Positions 14,712 through 27,177 of a stretch of DNA of 64,000 nt are shown piece after piece. This stretch comes from Octopus vulgaris (Eukaryota), in NCBI GenBank assembly GCA_951406725.2, contig OX597816.1:114576001-114640000 (forward strand), read 5' to 3'. The position numbers and the translations under genes were made by a program. Each line of letters begins with the position of its first letter. The stretch's first letter is position 1. Under the pieces are notes generated by a model that ran no database searches, was not told the origin of the DNA, and saw only the letters and a program-made list of their open reading frames with translations.

Positions 14712-14968
14712 AGCATTTTTTTGGCATGTAAAAAGCACCATCTGATCGTGGCCGTTTGCCAGCCTCGTCTGGCACCTGTGCCAGTGACACGTAAAAAGCA
14801 CCCACTACACTCACAGAGTGGTTGGCGTTAGGAAGGGCATCCAGCCATAGAAACACTGCCAGATCAGACTGGGCCTGGTGCAGTCTTCTGGCTTCCCAGA
14901 CCCCAGTTGAACCATCCAACCCATGCAAGCATGGAAAGTAGACGTTAAACGATGATGATGATGATGAT
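14712..14968 (+). mobile_element. Repeat family C (RTE-LINE 3' end or partner SINE) with (GAT)n tail
   Basis: GTGGTTGGCGTTAGGAAGGGCATCCAGC core followed by GACGTTAAAC(GAT)n. Other copies at about 19200, 48980, 49290, 51665, 52430, 56900 and 60095. Confidence 0.75.
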
Positions 14969-16555
14969 TTTATCCTCATTTTGTTAGATGTCTAGCACTA
15001 AACTTTCACTTAATTTCTGACAACATTGGTTCTAAACACAAGTTTAATAATCGTTTCTAATTTAGACACAGGGTTTCTTGATGCCAGCAGCCACCATATA
15101 CATTTGACTTGTGATTTATTTTATCAGCACCAGCGGGATGAAAGGTAAAGTTGACTTCAGCAGGATTTCAACTTTAAAAGTAAAGAGCTGAGAATTTGGT
15201 CCACTGCTCTAATAATTCTGCCAATTGATCACCTTTGGTTCCAAATACCAGCTTAATAATTAATTGTCAAAATTGATCAAACGGAAAAAAGAAAGCCAGA
15301 ATATTTCATTAGAAACATATGATCACAAAATGGCTGAAGTCTCTTCAATTTTTTTACATGAAGATGGGAAAATAGTTACGACCTAGTTTGAGCATTATTT
15401 TTCCTTACGAAAACGCAAGAAAACTTATGAAAAACTTAGAAGAGAGAAGTCTGAAAAATCAATGCAGAATATAGCTTGCTTTAGATAATGGCGTAAGTTG
15501 GAGCTTTGAGGATTTCTTGTTACTTATAGCTAAGAAAAAATAAAAATACTTTTAGCCTTATACTATGTGTTATATAAAAATGTTTTAAAAAATAAAGTCA
15601 CATTTTGACTCAAATTGTTTGTATTGTTACTATGGTGTTGTGTGAGAAGTATTTTTTTTTTTGAGCTGAACAACAACAAATAACTGAAAAATCTTTCTGT
15701 TAATACAAAAAAACAGTAAGATAAAAATTTCTGAGAGAGAAACACAACCAAGCTTGTTCCAAATTAAGCTCAATTTTTTTTTTTTGTCTTTTTGTTAGAA
15801 TTCTTCAAGATATTACCTAAATTTACAACTTGTTCTTTACAATATGACCAACAGAATTCTTCACACATGAAATACCAAATGTTGGGTTTTGAATGTTTAG
15901 AAAGAGATTTGACTATCAGTCAATGACTCATAAAAATTAGAAAATGAAGTAATATCTTTCTAAATTAATTTCAAAGTTTTTTTTTTTTTTAGATGCAATG
16001 AGGCAGTCTACAAAGAATGGTAGGTGCTTTCAAAATATGATTAACTATTTAAGAATAAAAGTACTTCCTGATCAACATTCATTACATACTTGAAGTGTTA
16101 AAAAGAAGCATGACAGAAAGTATACTTTGCTAAGTTAGCTTCAAGAATCAAAGTTTCATAAATGTTTTCATATCAAATGAGACATTTTGATCATGTGACC
16201 AGATTCCTATTGAATATGAAAGAACACAACAATGAAATAGATTTTTATCAGATACTATCGTCAACAATCAAGTTTCTTTATTTTTGGACAAAGTCTTTTG
16301 AAGGTCAATTAAAATAATACATGCAGCGAATCAGAGTCAAGAAACTTTCACTTGTCAGACTTTACCATTCTACACTATTTTGATCAGTTTATTTTCTTAG
16401 TTGTTTCACCTACACTATACATATACACACACAAATGCAGACACATGTAAATAAATATATATATATATGCTTGTATGTGTGTGTGTGTACATAAATATGT
16501 ATGTATATATTGGATATATGTATATGTATATAAATGTGTTGTATATGTGTGTATC

Positions 16556-16920
16556 ACAGGAGTGGTTGTGTGGTAAGTAGCTTGCTTACCAACCACATGG
16601 TTCTGAGTTCAGTCCCACTACATGGCACCTTGGGCAAGTGTCTTCTACTATAGCCTCGGGCTGACCAAAGCCTTGTGAGTGGATTTGGTAGACAGAAACT
16701 GAAAGAAGCCCGTCTTATATATATGTGTGTGTGTGTGTGTAAGTATATGTTCGTGTGCCTGTGCTTGTTCCCCCAACATCGCTTGACAACTGATGCTGGT
16801 GTGTTTACGTCCCTGTCACTTGGCAGTTCAGCAAGGTAGATCGATAGAATAAGTCCTGGGGTCGATTTGCTTAACTAAAGGCGGTGCTCCGGCATGGCCA
16901 CAGTCAACTGACTGAAACAA
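16556..16920 (+). mobile_element. SINE family A copy (tRNA-derived head, internal TA/TG microsatellite)
   Basis: A-box/B-box-like head (TGGTTGTGTGG...GAGTTCAGTCCC) and CCTTGGGCAAGTGTCTT core. Matches copies at 23405, 42198, 57106 and 58296. Confidence 0.85.
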
Positions 16921-17399
16921 ATGTACTGATGTTTGTTTTTATGTTACAATTAAAACATTACATTGAATGATTACTCATCACATTTTGTAGAGTACAAATT
17001 TACTATTCTTTAAGAACAATACTGACAAGTGACTTTGAAGTCACTGTCAACACTATTCTTGTTAGCGAATAATAAATACACACACACACGCACACACACA
17101 TGTATGCATACTTATATATATGCATTCTCACACACACATCCTTAAACTAGATTTGAGGTCTAAACTTTTACCTTTAATATCAAATATTGAGAATGTCACA
17201 ACTTCATTTTCTTATTTGACATGAAACTGGAGTTTCATGTTTATACATATCAGTATATACATATCTTATACAATTAACCTGCAATTATGTGCAGGCACCC
17301 ACATATAAGCACATTAACTATTTGGTGGCGATACATAACTATTTTAACCATGGGTGTGTGAAAAACACATACAAACACATACATAATCTTTCACATTTT

Positions 17400-17404
17400 A
17401 TACG

Positions 17405-17442
<38 letters not shown>

Positions 17443-17469
17443 GTATGTATGTATATATATGTATGTATG

Positions 17470-17500
<31 letters not shown>

Positions 17501-17517
17501 ATATATATATGTATATG

Positions 17518-17580
<63 letters not shown>

Positions 17581-17631
17581 GTATATATATCTATACAATT
17601 ATATATATATATATATATGTATATATCTATA

Positions 17632-17669
<38 letters not shown>

Positions 17670-17700
17670 TCCATCCATAAACAAATATTTTATGTCTATA
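17400..17700. repeat. Compound (TA)n/(TATG)n microsatellite
   Basis: Directly visible. Confidence 0.95.
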
Positions 17701-18275
17701 TACATGCATGTACGATTATGCATAGATAATCACATCAGTAAAAAGATATGCAATGCACACAGGCATGATACACATGCATTTATTACAGATTTATACACAT
17801 GCATAGTGCATCATGCAGGCAACAAAAACATTTTCATTATTGTATAGGATGTGGCTTAACTATGTACAACTAAACTATGATATTTGTGCATGAATGCAGA
17901 CAAAAACATCAGTTATGACAAAATTCTTTCTTCAACATGGCATAATCTCCCAACTATCTCAATTTTTATATTGCTGTTCTATAACTCCAGATAATTGGCA
18001 CTACACCTGCTTCAATGAACTGATGCTGTAGAATGGAAATGTCACCACTCAGATCCCTACAAGAAAAAACAAACAAAGAAAAAACAAACAGCTTTACCCC
18101 ACTTAATAACAAATATAAGAAATACGTAAAAAAAATCTTCAGTACTTATCTTTAATATCAAATTTTATAGCAGTGTTTTACATTTTTTAAGTTAGTCAAA
18201 GGACGAAATTACCACGTTTTTCAAAATTTGTTAAAAAACAAAATACAAAACAAAACAAGCTGTCTGTCTGTCTCT

Positions 18276-18564
18276 GTATACATACATACATATAAATATA
18301 TATATATATACAAGTATGTATATATATAAACATATATATATATATGTATGTATACAGATACATACATATATGTGTGTGCGCATGTGTGTGTGTATATATA
18401 TATATACATGTATATATATACATATATATACACATATATATATAAAAATATATATATATATGTATGTATACATACATATATATGTCAGTATATATACATA
18501 TATATGTATATACACATATATATATATATTTATATACATATGTATATATACATATATATATATA

Positions 18565-18605
<41 letters not shown>

Positions 18606-18778
18606 GTATATGTATTTATATGTGTATATACATATGTATATGCATAGCACACATATATGTACAAGCACACACATGCATATAAATCTATATATGGATGGAT
18701 GGATGTGTATATATATATATGTATATATATATGTATGTATATGTGTGTGTGTGTATATATATGAGTATAAATGTGTGT

Positions 18779-18828
<50 letters not shown>

Positions 18829-18852
18829 TTATACATATACATACATACACAT
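18276..18852. repeat. Compound (TA)n/(CA)n/(TG)n low-complexity tract
   Basis: Directly visible. Confidence 0.95.
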
Positions 18853-19199
18853 ACTTAATTCTAACTTTTGAAACCATGTATACAATAACTTATATACTCA
18901 TTGAACTAGTGTCTTAGAATTTAAGCATTGCAGACACATGTACCCTTAATGTATACAGAATCAGTGCAGCATAGTGTGTGACAACATTAGTCATTAAAAA
19001 TTTCAGGCATAGTTAATTGATAGCTTCCTCAGTTTACATCTACATATTTCATTCACATGGTTTTGGTCAACCCAAGCTTTATAAAAGGCACTTAATATAC
19101 CACACAGTGGGATCAAACCTGAGACCTCATGATTGTAAAGCAATCTTCTTAACTACTTGAACATGCCCTAGTGATACATATGCAAATATCCACACACAC

Positions 19200-19487
19200 A
19201 CATCATCGTCATCATCATCATCGTTTGATGTCCGTTTTCCATGCTGGCGTGGGTTGGATGGTTTGACTGAGGTCTGGAAAGCCAGTGGCTGTACCAGGCT
19301 CCACTCTGATCAGGCAATGTTTCTACAGCTAGATGCCCTTCCTAACGCCAACCAGTCAGAGAGTGTAGTGGGTGCTTTTTATGTACCACTGGCACAAGAG
19401 CCAGTCAGGCGAGCCTAACATCAATCATGTTCAGATAGTGCATTTTACGTGCCACCAGCACAGAAGTCAGTCAGGCAGCCCTGGCGT
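19200..19487 (-). mobile_element. Repeat family C copy
   Basis: (CAT)n followed by the reverse complement of the family C core (GATGCCCTTCCTAACGCCAACCA). Confidence 0.75.
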
Positions 19488-19544
19488 ATATATATATATA
19501 TAATGGTTGTCCTACTACAACCAAGAATAACCATCAACCAAGGA

Positions 19545-19931
19545 TAACCATCACTGAGTTTTGCCCATGCAAAATGTCAGTAATGCCTGTGCATAAGATT
19601 ATTGTGCCTGTGGTCAGCTTTACTCAGACTAACACTCATGGCTTTGATGCTCACTATGTTGGCCTCCTACTCAACAAGGCATTAGAAAATTGTCTCACCA
19701 ATGATTGCACAATCTTGAACAACACCACATAAGCCCTCTCCCACCTATTGACATGATCCAGAGACAAGCTAGAACAAGATATGTGCAGTGCCAATATGTA
19801 TGTGAATATACATATTTACATACATACAGACATGCATGTATATTATATATATACATTCATAAATATATATTACATAAATATGTTTGTGTGTGTATATATA
19901 TATGTGTGTGTGTATATATATATATGTATGC

Positions 19932-19976
<45 letters not shown>

Positions 19977-20280
19977 AACATATGATGACTGTCCATTTAT
20001 AACTGAAGAAGACTATCACTGACCATTTCCCATGCAAAATGAAAGCAATGCTTGTGCATGGGATTATTTCACTCACAGTCAGCATTGCCCAGGCTTGTGT
20101 CCACAGTCGCCATGCTTGCCACAGTGTCCTCATGCACAAAGGCGCATCAGAAAGTCACCTCACTGGCGACTGCACAACCTAAAATTTTAGGTCTAATAAA
20201 AGCTTGCCCAGCACCTCACACACCCTCTCCACCCTACTGACATGATCCAGAGACAAGTTAGGGCAAGATACCCAGTGGCA
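19545..20280. repeat. Two diverged direct copies of an unclassified 240-260 bp repeat separated by a microsatellite
   Basis: About 19545-19785 and 20010-20270 share ATCACTGA..CCCATGCAAAATG..TGTGCAT..TGCACAA..TGACATGATCCAGAGACAAG..CAAGATA. Confidence 0.7.
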
Positions 20281-22691
20281 ATATGGGTTGCCAGCTCAAG
20301 AATGTGAGAATGCCATGATCTCTAGCGCAATCAGAAGATCCCTTAAATGTTCAATGCTATTCCCTGCATATCTGGTTTTATATCAGAGTGACCTTCTAGA
20401 GCCATGTTTTAACAAAAGCTGTCCAGTGCCCCACCCTCACTTAGCAACAAGCATGGTGTGTGCGTGTGGTGTGAGTACATTTAGAAATGTTTATCCATAT
20501 GCAGTTATATAGGATTTGTATACATTCAAACACATACATATCTATGTACAAAGTGCCTTGAATGTAGGCAACTTATAGTTGCAATAGTAAAAACCGAGAC
20601 TGTCAATGAATCCATTTCTCTAAATATTGTACTTCTTTAAGCTGAAAATAATTCACTTGTTCAATCTCACAACTTGTTTCCATTGGTGAAACAATGCCAC
20701 AGCTCTCAAAATATACAATGTGCCAACTTCTTTGGAGATTTTGTTAAAAGGGAAATGAATTATGATTTCTGTGAGAATAAAATAGATTTGAATTCCTTTC
20801 AGAACATCTCTTGACACAAAACCCGAAATAGGGTATGCCCGTGTTTATATTTGAAATAATATTTCAAGACAGTGAAAAGATGTGCTGATAAAATTTTTAT
20901 AGTTACTAAAAGTATCCCAAAAAGTAGCAAAAGCCATGCAAACAATATCTCTGTGTATGATATTCCAATTAATAACACTTTATTATGGTACTTCTCTGTA
21001 AAGGTATTCTAATCTGAAAGTACCTTAAGAAAATATAGCTAAGTAAAATAGTTACTTGTTTAGAAAAGCTATTTGACTAAATGCATTACAACAGATATGT
21101 CAACGTAGAAGTTAATACATATTTTTTAAAGATCAGAACTGATTAAAGAAAGATCAGAATTGATAAAAAAAAAAATAGTGATCTTGGCTTAGCGTTGCTG
21201 ATATTGGCAGATAGAGTGAAAGAGAAGGAGAGAAAGAGAGAAAGTGTATGAGTGAGTATGTGTGTAGATGCATGTGTGTATGTATGTGTGCATATTTCTG
21301 TGTGGATTTATGTCTGTATGTGTGTATAAGAAGTGTAAGTAATGAGGAGGAAATTTACTCTATATTTACATGTGTGAACCATACAGGTGGTAAGTACAAG
21401 CAAGCTTTGGGGGGAACCAATTATTAGTGTAAAGACAGGCAAAGAAGATGAGAGAAAACAGTAACAACAACAACAAACAGAAAACGAAATAACGCAGAAT
21501 GAAAATGTTGGCAAAAAAAAAAAAAAAAAGAATTGCAAAGAAAAAACATGTGAAAACTTATCAAAATATAAAAGAGAAAAATAATAATAAAAAACCCAAA
21601 AAACTCCAACATCTGTGACACCCCCTGAGTTAACATTATCGAGAGTAAATATCATAATCTTATTTTAGATATTTGATTTCAGTTATATCCCACCCTGCAC
21701 TAACACATGTGTAGTCATACATACATCTAAATATTTGTTCATTGAATAGAGCACAACTATAGAGGAAGATTTCAGCTAATTGGTCTCTAGATTTAGCACA
21801 TTGCTTTAACAGAAATGGAAACGGTGAAATTGCGAGTAAATCTAACCAACAACCCATATAAATTAATATGTGGTGGTGGGACACTTGACTCTTGATGGAA
21901 AAACTTCAGGGTGCTGTTCGGGGCATTTTACACCTCATGAAGCCTATCTCTCTCCAGGTCTCAACTCTGTTGATTTCTCCAAGAGAAATTGCTAGACACA
22001 GAGAAAGCGAGAAAGTGGAAGTGATTAAGATTTGACCCTAGTATTTGACCCTAGTATTTGACAGGTATTTTATCGACCTTGAATGGATATAAGGTAACAT
22101 TGACAGTGGGATTTGAACTTAAAGAGCAGAAAACCAGAACAATTCTATCCAACACTATTTGAATTGTCGTCCATCCATTTAACCCTAGGCTGGAGACGTT
22201 AGTGACTAGGTCTAATGCTTTAAGTTTCCTTCATGCTTCATGTTTCCATGTTCCAATCATATCAGAATTAACAATCCTTTTCTATCAAGAATAAAAGACT
22301 TAAACACCAATTGTATACTGAATTTGCTTCGGTTAAGTATAACTAGTCATACTATGAAACTTTTTAAATCTTTTGTTGATAAAGGACATATCTAATCTAT
22401 TTTAAAAATAAAATATGGCCATATTACTGAAGGCTTTTACAAGGTTAAATATTACAACTTTTTATCTGCAATAGTATTATGTAATACAATCATGGTGGAT
22501 TGCCGTAATTATGAAAAGCATCACGGAAAATGCTTTGCATCATTTGTTATAGCTTAGGGTGGCAAACTGGCAGTATCATTAGCATGCCAAGTAAAATGCT
22601 TAGTGGCATTTTGTCTGTCATTATGCTTGGAGTTCAAAATGAAAATGACTCAAGTGTCTTGAAGCCCCCTTGGCCAAAGAAGTATATTTAA

Positions 22692-22862
22692 CCCTTTAAC
22701 ATTCATATTCCTTTGTCAAATATAATGCTTATTTAGTCACATGTGATTATATAGTTTTATAATGACATTGTAGGGAAGGTTAGAGAAGTTGGATTTGGTC
22801 AGTTTTAACATAAAACAGGTAGAATATTTGGGCCAGATATGGCTTGATTAGATGCTAAAGGG
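22692..22862. mobile_element. piggyBac-like MITE (second family)
   Basis: TTAA flanks at 22688-22691 and 22863-22866. Termini are CCCTTTAACAT and ATGCTAAAGGG. Confidence 0.8.
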
Positions 22863-23404
22863 TTAACTAGATGGGGTTAAAATTCTTTATAACCGAAAAA
22901 AAAAAAATACAAGTTAAAAAAGGCAATCCATATCAAATCCATTTTATAATTAACTATTGAGCAATGATATCAGATAGATAAGACAGTGAAGATGGTGAAG
23001 GAAAGAGAGGCACACACCATAGATGAGTTTAAAGTTAAGCTGTATTTTAAGCTCAAAAATTTCCAGTTACACAAAACCAAGAATAAAATAACAATACCTT
23101 AATCTTCAACCACTCCATGAGGATTCTTAGTCAAGTGTGTAGTTAACTTCTTACTTAATTCCAAACATTTTCACAATTATTGTGTTTATAAGATAGTTTT
23201 TTGGAAACTAGCAGATGGTTCTCTACTAGTTTAATGTCAGCTATGAAGATCTCTTTACCTTATAATTTTTGTTGTTGTTGTTATGAAATGATTTATGATG
23301 TTAAATGACACACAAAATTTGCTACTTCACTGTTTGTTCACTATCAGGGGAAGAAGTGAATGGTCTTTATATGACTGGAATTTCTATGAGATTAAAAAAA
23401 AAAT

Positions 23405-23775
23405 ATGAAGGCGTGGCTGGGTAGTAAGAAGTTTGTTTCTCAGCTATATGATTCCAGGTTCAGTCCTAGAGCACAGCACCTTTGGCAGGTGTCTTCTACT
23501 ATAGATTTAGGCGACCAAAGTCTTGTGAGTGAATTTGGTAGACAAAAACTGAAAGAAGCTCGTCGTATGTGTGTGTTTGTTTGCCAACACCGCTTGACAA
23601 CCAGTATTGATTTGTTTACGTCCTTGTAACTTAGCGGTTCAGCAAAAAAGACTGACAGAATAAGTACCAAACTTACAAAAATACTAAGTCCAGGAATCAA
23701 TTCATTCAACTAAAACCGTTCAAAGCAGTGCTCCAGCATGTCCACAGTCACGTGACTGAAACAAAGGAAAGGATA
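23405..23775 (+). mobile_element. SINE family A copy (diverged)
   Basis: Collinear with the copy at 42198-42626. Confidence 0.8.
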
Positions 23776-25005
23776 AATACAAGGAGCCTTTATGTAATAG
23801 TAGACTTGCTAAAAATAGCAGCCTTATCTCTCTCAAATCACACCATACTATCTTTTGAAAAAAGAATGATACTTTATACAATGCAGTCATAGGTCACAAT
23901 ACCTGAAAAAAGTCGTCACGGTTGGAATGGCTTTAATCATAGTTCTATCTTACCTGATCGAGGCCCACATGAGATTTAACAACATTACTGCTGTAAGATA
24001 ATGCATTTATTCGATTAATTTTCGTTTAAGTAAATACGCGAATATACTGTATAATTTATTCAACACGTCTTTTCAGGTTAAAAACTAATTTGTCATTAAA
24101 AGTTGTTATCACAAAAATCTGTTAAAAGTAGCAGTAAAATTTCTCTCAAATTACAATGCAATGTCTCAAAAACGAAGACCTAGATACATAATCTGAAAAA
24201 CAGAGAGAGGGTCACATCTGAAACGACCCCGATCATGAGCCTACTTGATCAGAACTGATATGAAGCTACATGATATCGAAGGGGTGTGAACATAAATTTT
24301 GCTTGATATTATGACAGAAATTGCAAGACAAATATCGTGGTAATGGGCATTATTATTTTCGTTTTGACCTCTGAGTTTGGCGTACAACTTATGACCGAAG
24401 TTCACTTTATAACAACGAAATCCCAGGTTCGATCTTCCCGCATGACATCTTGAGCAAATTTCATTTTCCTTATAACTGTCCTGACCTGAGACTATGTGGG
24501 TAAAATTGGGTTGACGAAAACTGTATAGAAGACTGTCAGAAAGATGGGTTGTGTGAATGACTGAATCCGCACTGTCGAAACCTACGGAAATCCATCTTTT
24601 TATTTAAAAATTGCTGGTGTATTGGCAACAATATCTTGCGATTAGAGGCTGTCATTGCTCCAGATCATTTTTGATCAAACTATGAGAAAAGATATTCCAG
24701 ACGTAGAAACCCATCATTTATTTTATTCCACAGTTATTCTTTTTTTTTTTGAAGAAGTATAGATTTTATTTTAATTTAAATGTACATCTTTTAGAACAAT
24801 GTCATTTTATAAGATTTTGCTGGCAAATTCTTAAATTAACATAAGCATTTATTTACATGAAAGAAAATTACCGGAGAACTTTCTTCTAATTTTTCCAAAT
24901 CTTTCTGCTAAAACTGTATTGAAACCATTTATGTGGAAGAAAAAGAAGAAAAAAAAAAAAAGCAATGCAGCACCAAGCGTTTCAACTGGTCCCACTCCAC
25001 AAGTT

Positions 25006-25240
25006 TCAACGGGACATACTGAAGCAAGCCAGCTCGCTTGCAGTATTACCTCGGGCGATGGTGAGGCCAAGGCGTTCGAAAAGCCAAGCGCCCACACGGA
25101 CATCACCTAACACCTCAGTCAGGTGTGCTGTCAACGATGGCAAGAACTTCGCGGTTAGTTGCCCAGTCTCTCCGAACATTTCAAAAGCCACAGGTTGGAC
25201 GAGATAGATCAGTCAGGTCTCGATACTTCAGTGTTTGTGT
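25006..25240 (-). mobile_element. 3' fragment of a CRE-like non-LTR retrotransposon (restriction-like endonuclease C-terminus)
   Basis: LKYRDLTD / frameshift / YLVQPVAFEMFGETG..AKFL..L..VLGDVRVGAWLFERLGLTIARGNTAS, which matches the K-Y..F.P.A.ET.G..LFQRLS.AIQRGNA end of CRE-type elements. Confidence 0.7.
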
Positions 25241-25605
25241 ATCAAAGACTAATTTATCCAATGTGTCCTTTTTCATTTTTTTAAAGGCGGTAATGTATTA
25301 TGAACTGAGGGATATTTGGCTGGTATTTCTCCTAGGTCTGGTGATTAAATTAAACTACTTTTCTTGGCATATGCAAACGCACATCGATATGGCCTCCAAA
25401 TCAATTATTAAACGATTCAATTAGTTTTGCAATATAAAATAAATTTTGATTTTAAAATTTACGAATTTGTTTTACGGGATTAGGTGTATTTATTACAGAA
25501 AAGAGGGTGACACGGCTGTTATTTCTAGACGGTCAAGTGACAATGAAGAGATTCCTCGCATTTCAATTTGTTTTATTCATTTTACGCTCATAACGATCAA
25601 TTTGG

Positions 25606-26001
25606 GGTAATTTTTGGTTATCTCACCCCCATTAAAAAAATTGGGCAATCTCCATCTCCAAAAATTATTTAACTCTCAATAAAAAAAGAAAACAAGTGAA
25701 TAGATGAAATATCTTATTGAATCTGATATTTTTATAACAAATCATACAAAACTGAAAAGATTAATAAGCACGAAAACTGATAAGATTAAACATCTTACTG
25801 AATCTGATAATATTTTTATAGCGAATCATACCATGCCTATCGAGGAGGACAAACGTGAACTATGTATTGAAGTATTGAATCAAAAGGATCTAACTACTTT
25901 AATCCAATCTCTGGTCGTCACAAACTCAATATTTTAGTGGGGAGATAACCCAGTTTTTTAATGGCAATTTTTTAATGGGGGTGAGATAACCAAAAAGTAC
26001 C
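25606..26001. mobile_element. Merlin-like MITE
   Basis: About 38-bp TIRs starting GGTA(A/C)TTTTTGGTTATCTCACCCCCATTAAAAAA. The 8-bp TSD is CAATTTGG (25598-25605) and CACTTTGG (26002-26009), one mismatch. Confidence 0.75.
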
Positions 26002-26394
26002 CACTTTGGTTTTCTGCAAATTCATACGATTATGTAAACCCCACCACCAAAAAAAAAAAAGTGGTGGGGAGGGATTGCGTGATTTAAGGTCTATTTGGCT
26101 GTTACTTTTAGCACATCTCTCGACCACGATACAAGCACATTTCGTGTAGAATATATTTGGCAATACGTGCAATCTCACAGACAAAGGAGTTGTTATGTTT
26201 GGCTTGTTACTATGAAAACAGGCATGAATATGTCTGTGGCTTACGAATGGCTAAATTACCCCAAATCGTCTTCCCATTGTCGTGGAGGCCTTCCAAGTGG
26301 TCTTCCCCAACCTCTTGGATACCAATCAATCTATTTAAGTTCATGTTATTGCTCCATTTTCTTTATAGTCTTTTGTTCATTTTACCCGTTCATT

Positions 26395-26952
26395 GGATCT
26401 TTTCCTTTTGAACGGCAGTTTTCAACACAATTTCTAGTTAACTAAACACTTTTAAACTTCGTATACTGGTAAAATGTGTTTATAAAACATCATTTTTTCT
26501 TGGCTTTATTGAAAAAATTCTATAGTTTGTAATATATTTCCACTTTAAAATCGAGCATTTCGGCAATTTTAACCAATCGCTCACCTCCATTTGGAGTGAA
26601 AACACTCCGTGCTGTATGAATATGTCCCTCAGAAACAGATTGGGTTTATTTACATTTGCGAAGAAAAAAAGATACCCTTCCCCCACCGCAAATGTAAATA
26701 AACCCAATCTGTTTCTGAGGGACATATTCATACAGCACGGAATGTTTTCACTCCAAATGGAGGTGAGCGATTGGTTAAAATTGCCGAAATGCTCGATTTT
26801 AAAGTGGAAATATGTTACAAACTATAGAATTTTCTCAATAAAGCCAAGAAAAAATGATGTTTTATAAACACATTCTACCAGTATACGAAGTTTAAAAGTG
26901 TTTAGTTAACTAGAAATTGTGTTGAAAACTGCCGTTCAAAAGGAAAAGATCC
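26395..26952. mobile_element. Palindromic foldback MITE (Merlin-like; a Mutator-like origin is not excluded)
   Basis: 266-bp inverted arms at 26395-26660 and 26687-26952 with about 4 mismatches and a 26-bp spacer. GG...CC termini. Perfect 8-bp TSD CGTTCATT at 26387-26394 and 26953-26960. Confidence 0.9.
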
Positions 26953-27096
26953 CGTTCATTTTTTATTATTTTGCGGTGCATTGATTATGAATTTTTTTTT
27001 GCAGGCAATCTGTTTAGGCCGCCATTGAAGCAAAGGATAATATACGAGCTGCTAGAAACAACAGCCAACTTTCTTTCGCTCTTACTCAACCGTATG

Positions 27097-27114
27097 ACAA
27101 CAACAACAATAATA

Positions 27115-27175
<61 letters not shown>
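27097..27175. repeat. (ACA)n/(AAT)n microsatellite
   Basis: Directly visible. Confidence 0.95.

Positions 27176-27177
<2 letters not shown>

Noticed and set aside
17289-18877. Long YI/IY/VCV-rich ORFs (also at 41030, 48300, 50127, 53263, 54025, 56158 and 57020)
   Set aside because: These are stop-free translations of TA/TG/CA microsatellites, open on both strands.
26480-26867. Twin 83-aa ORFs on opposite strands
   Set aside because: They are a by-product of the palindromic MITE and have no protein-like features.
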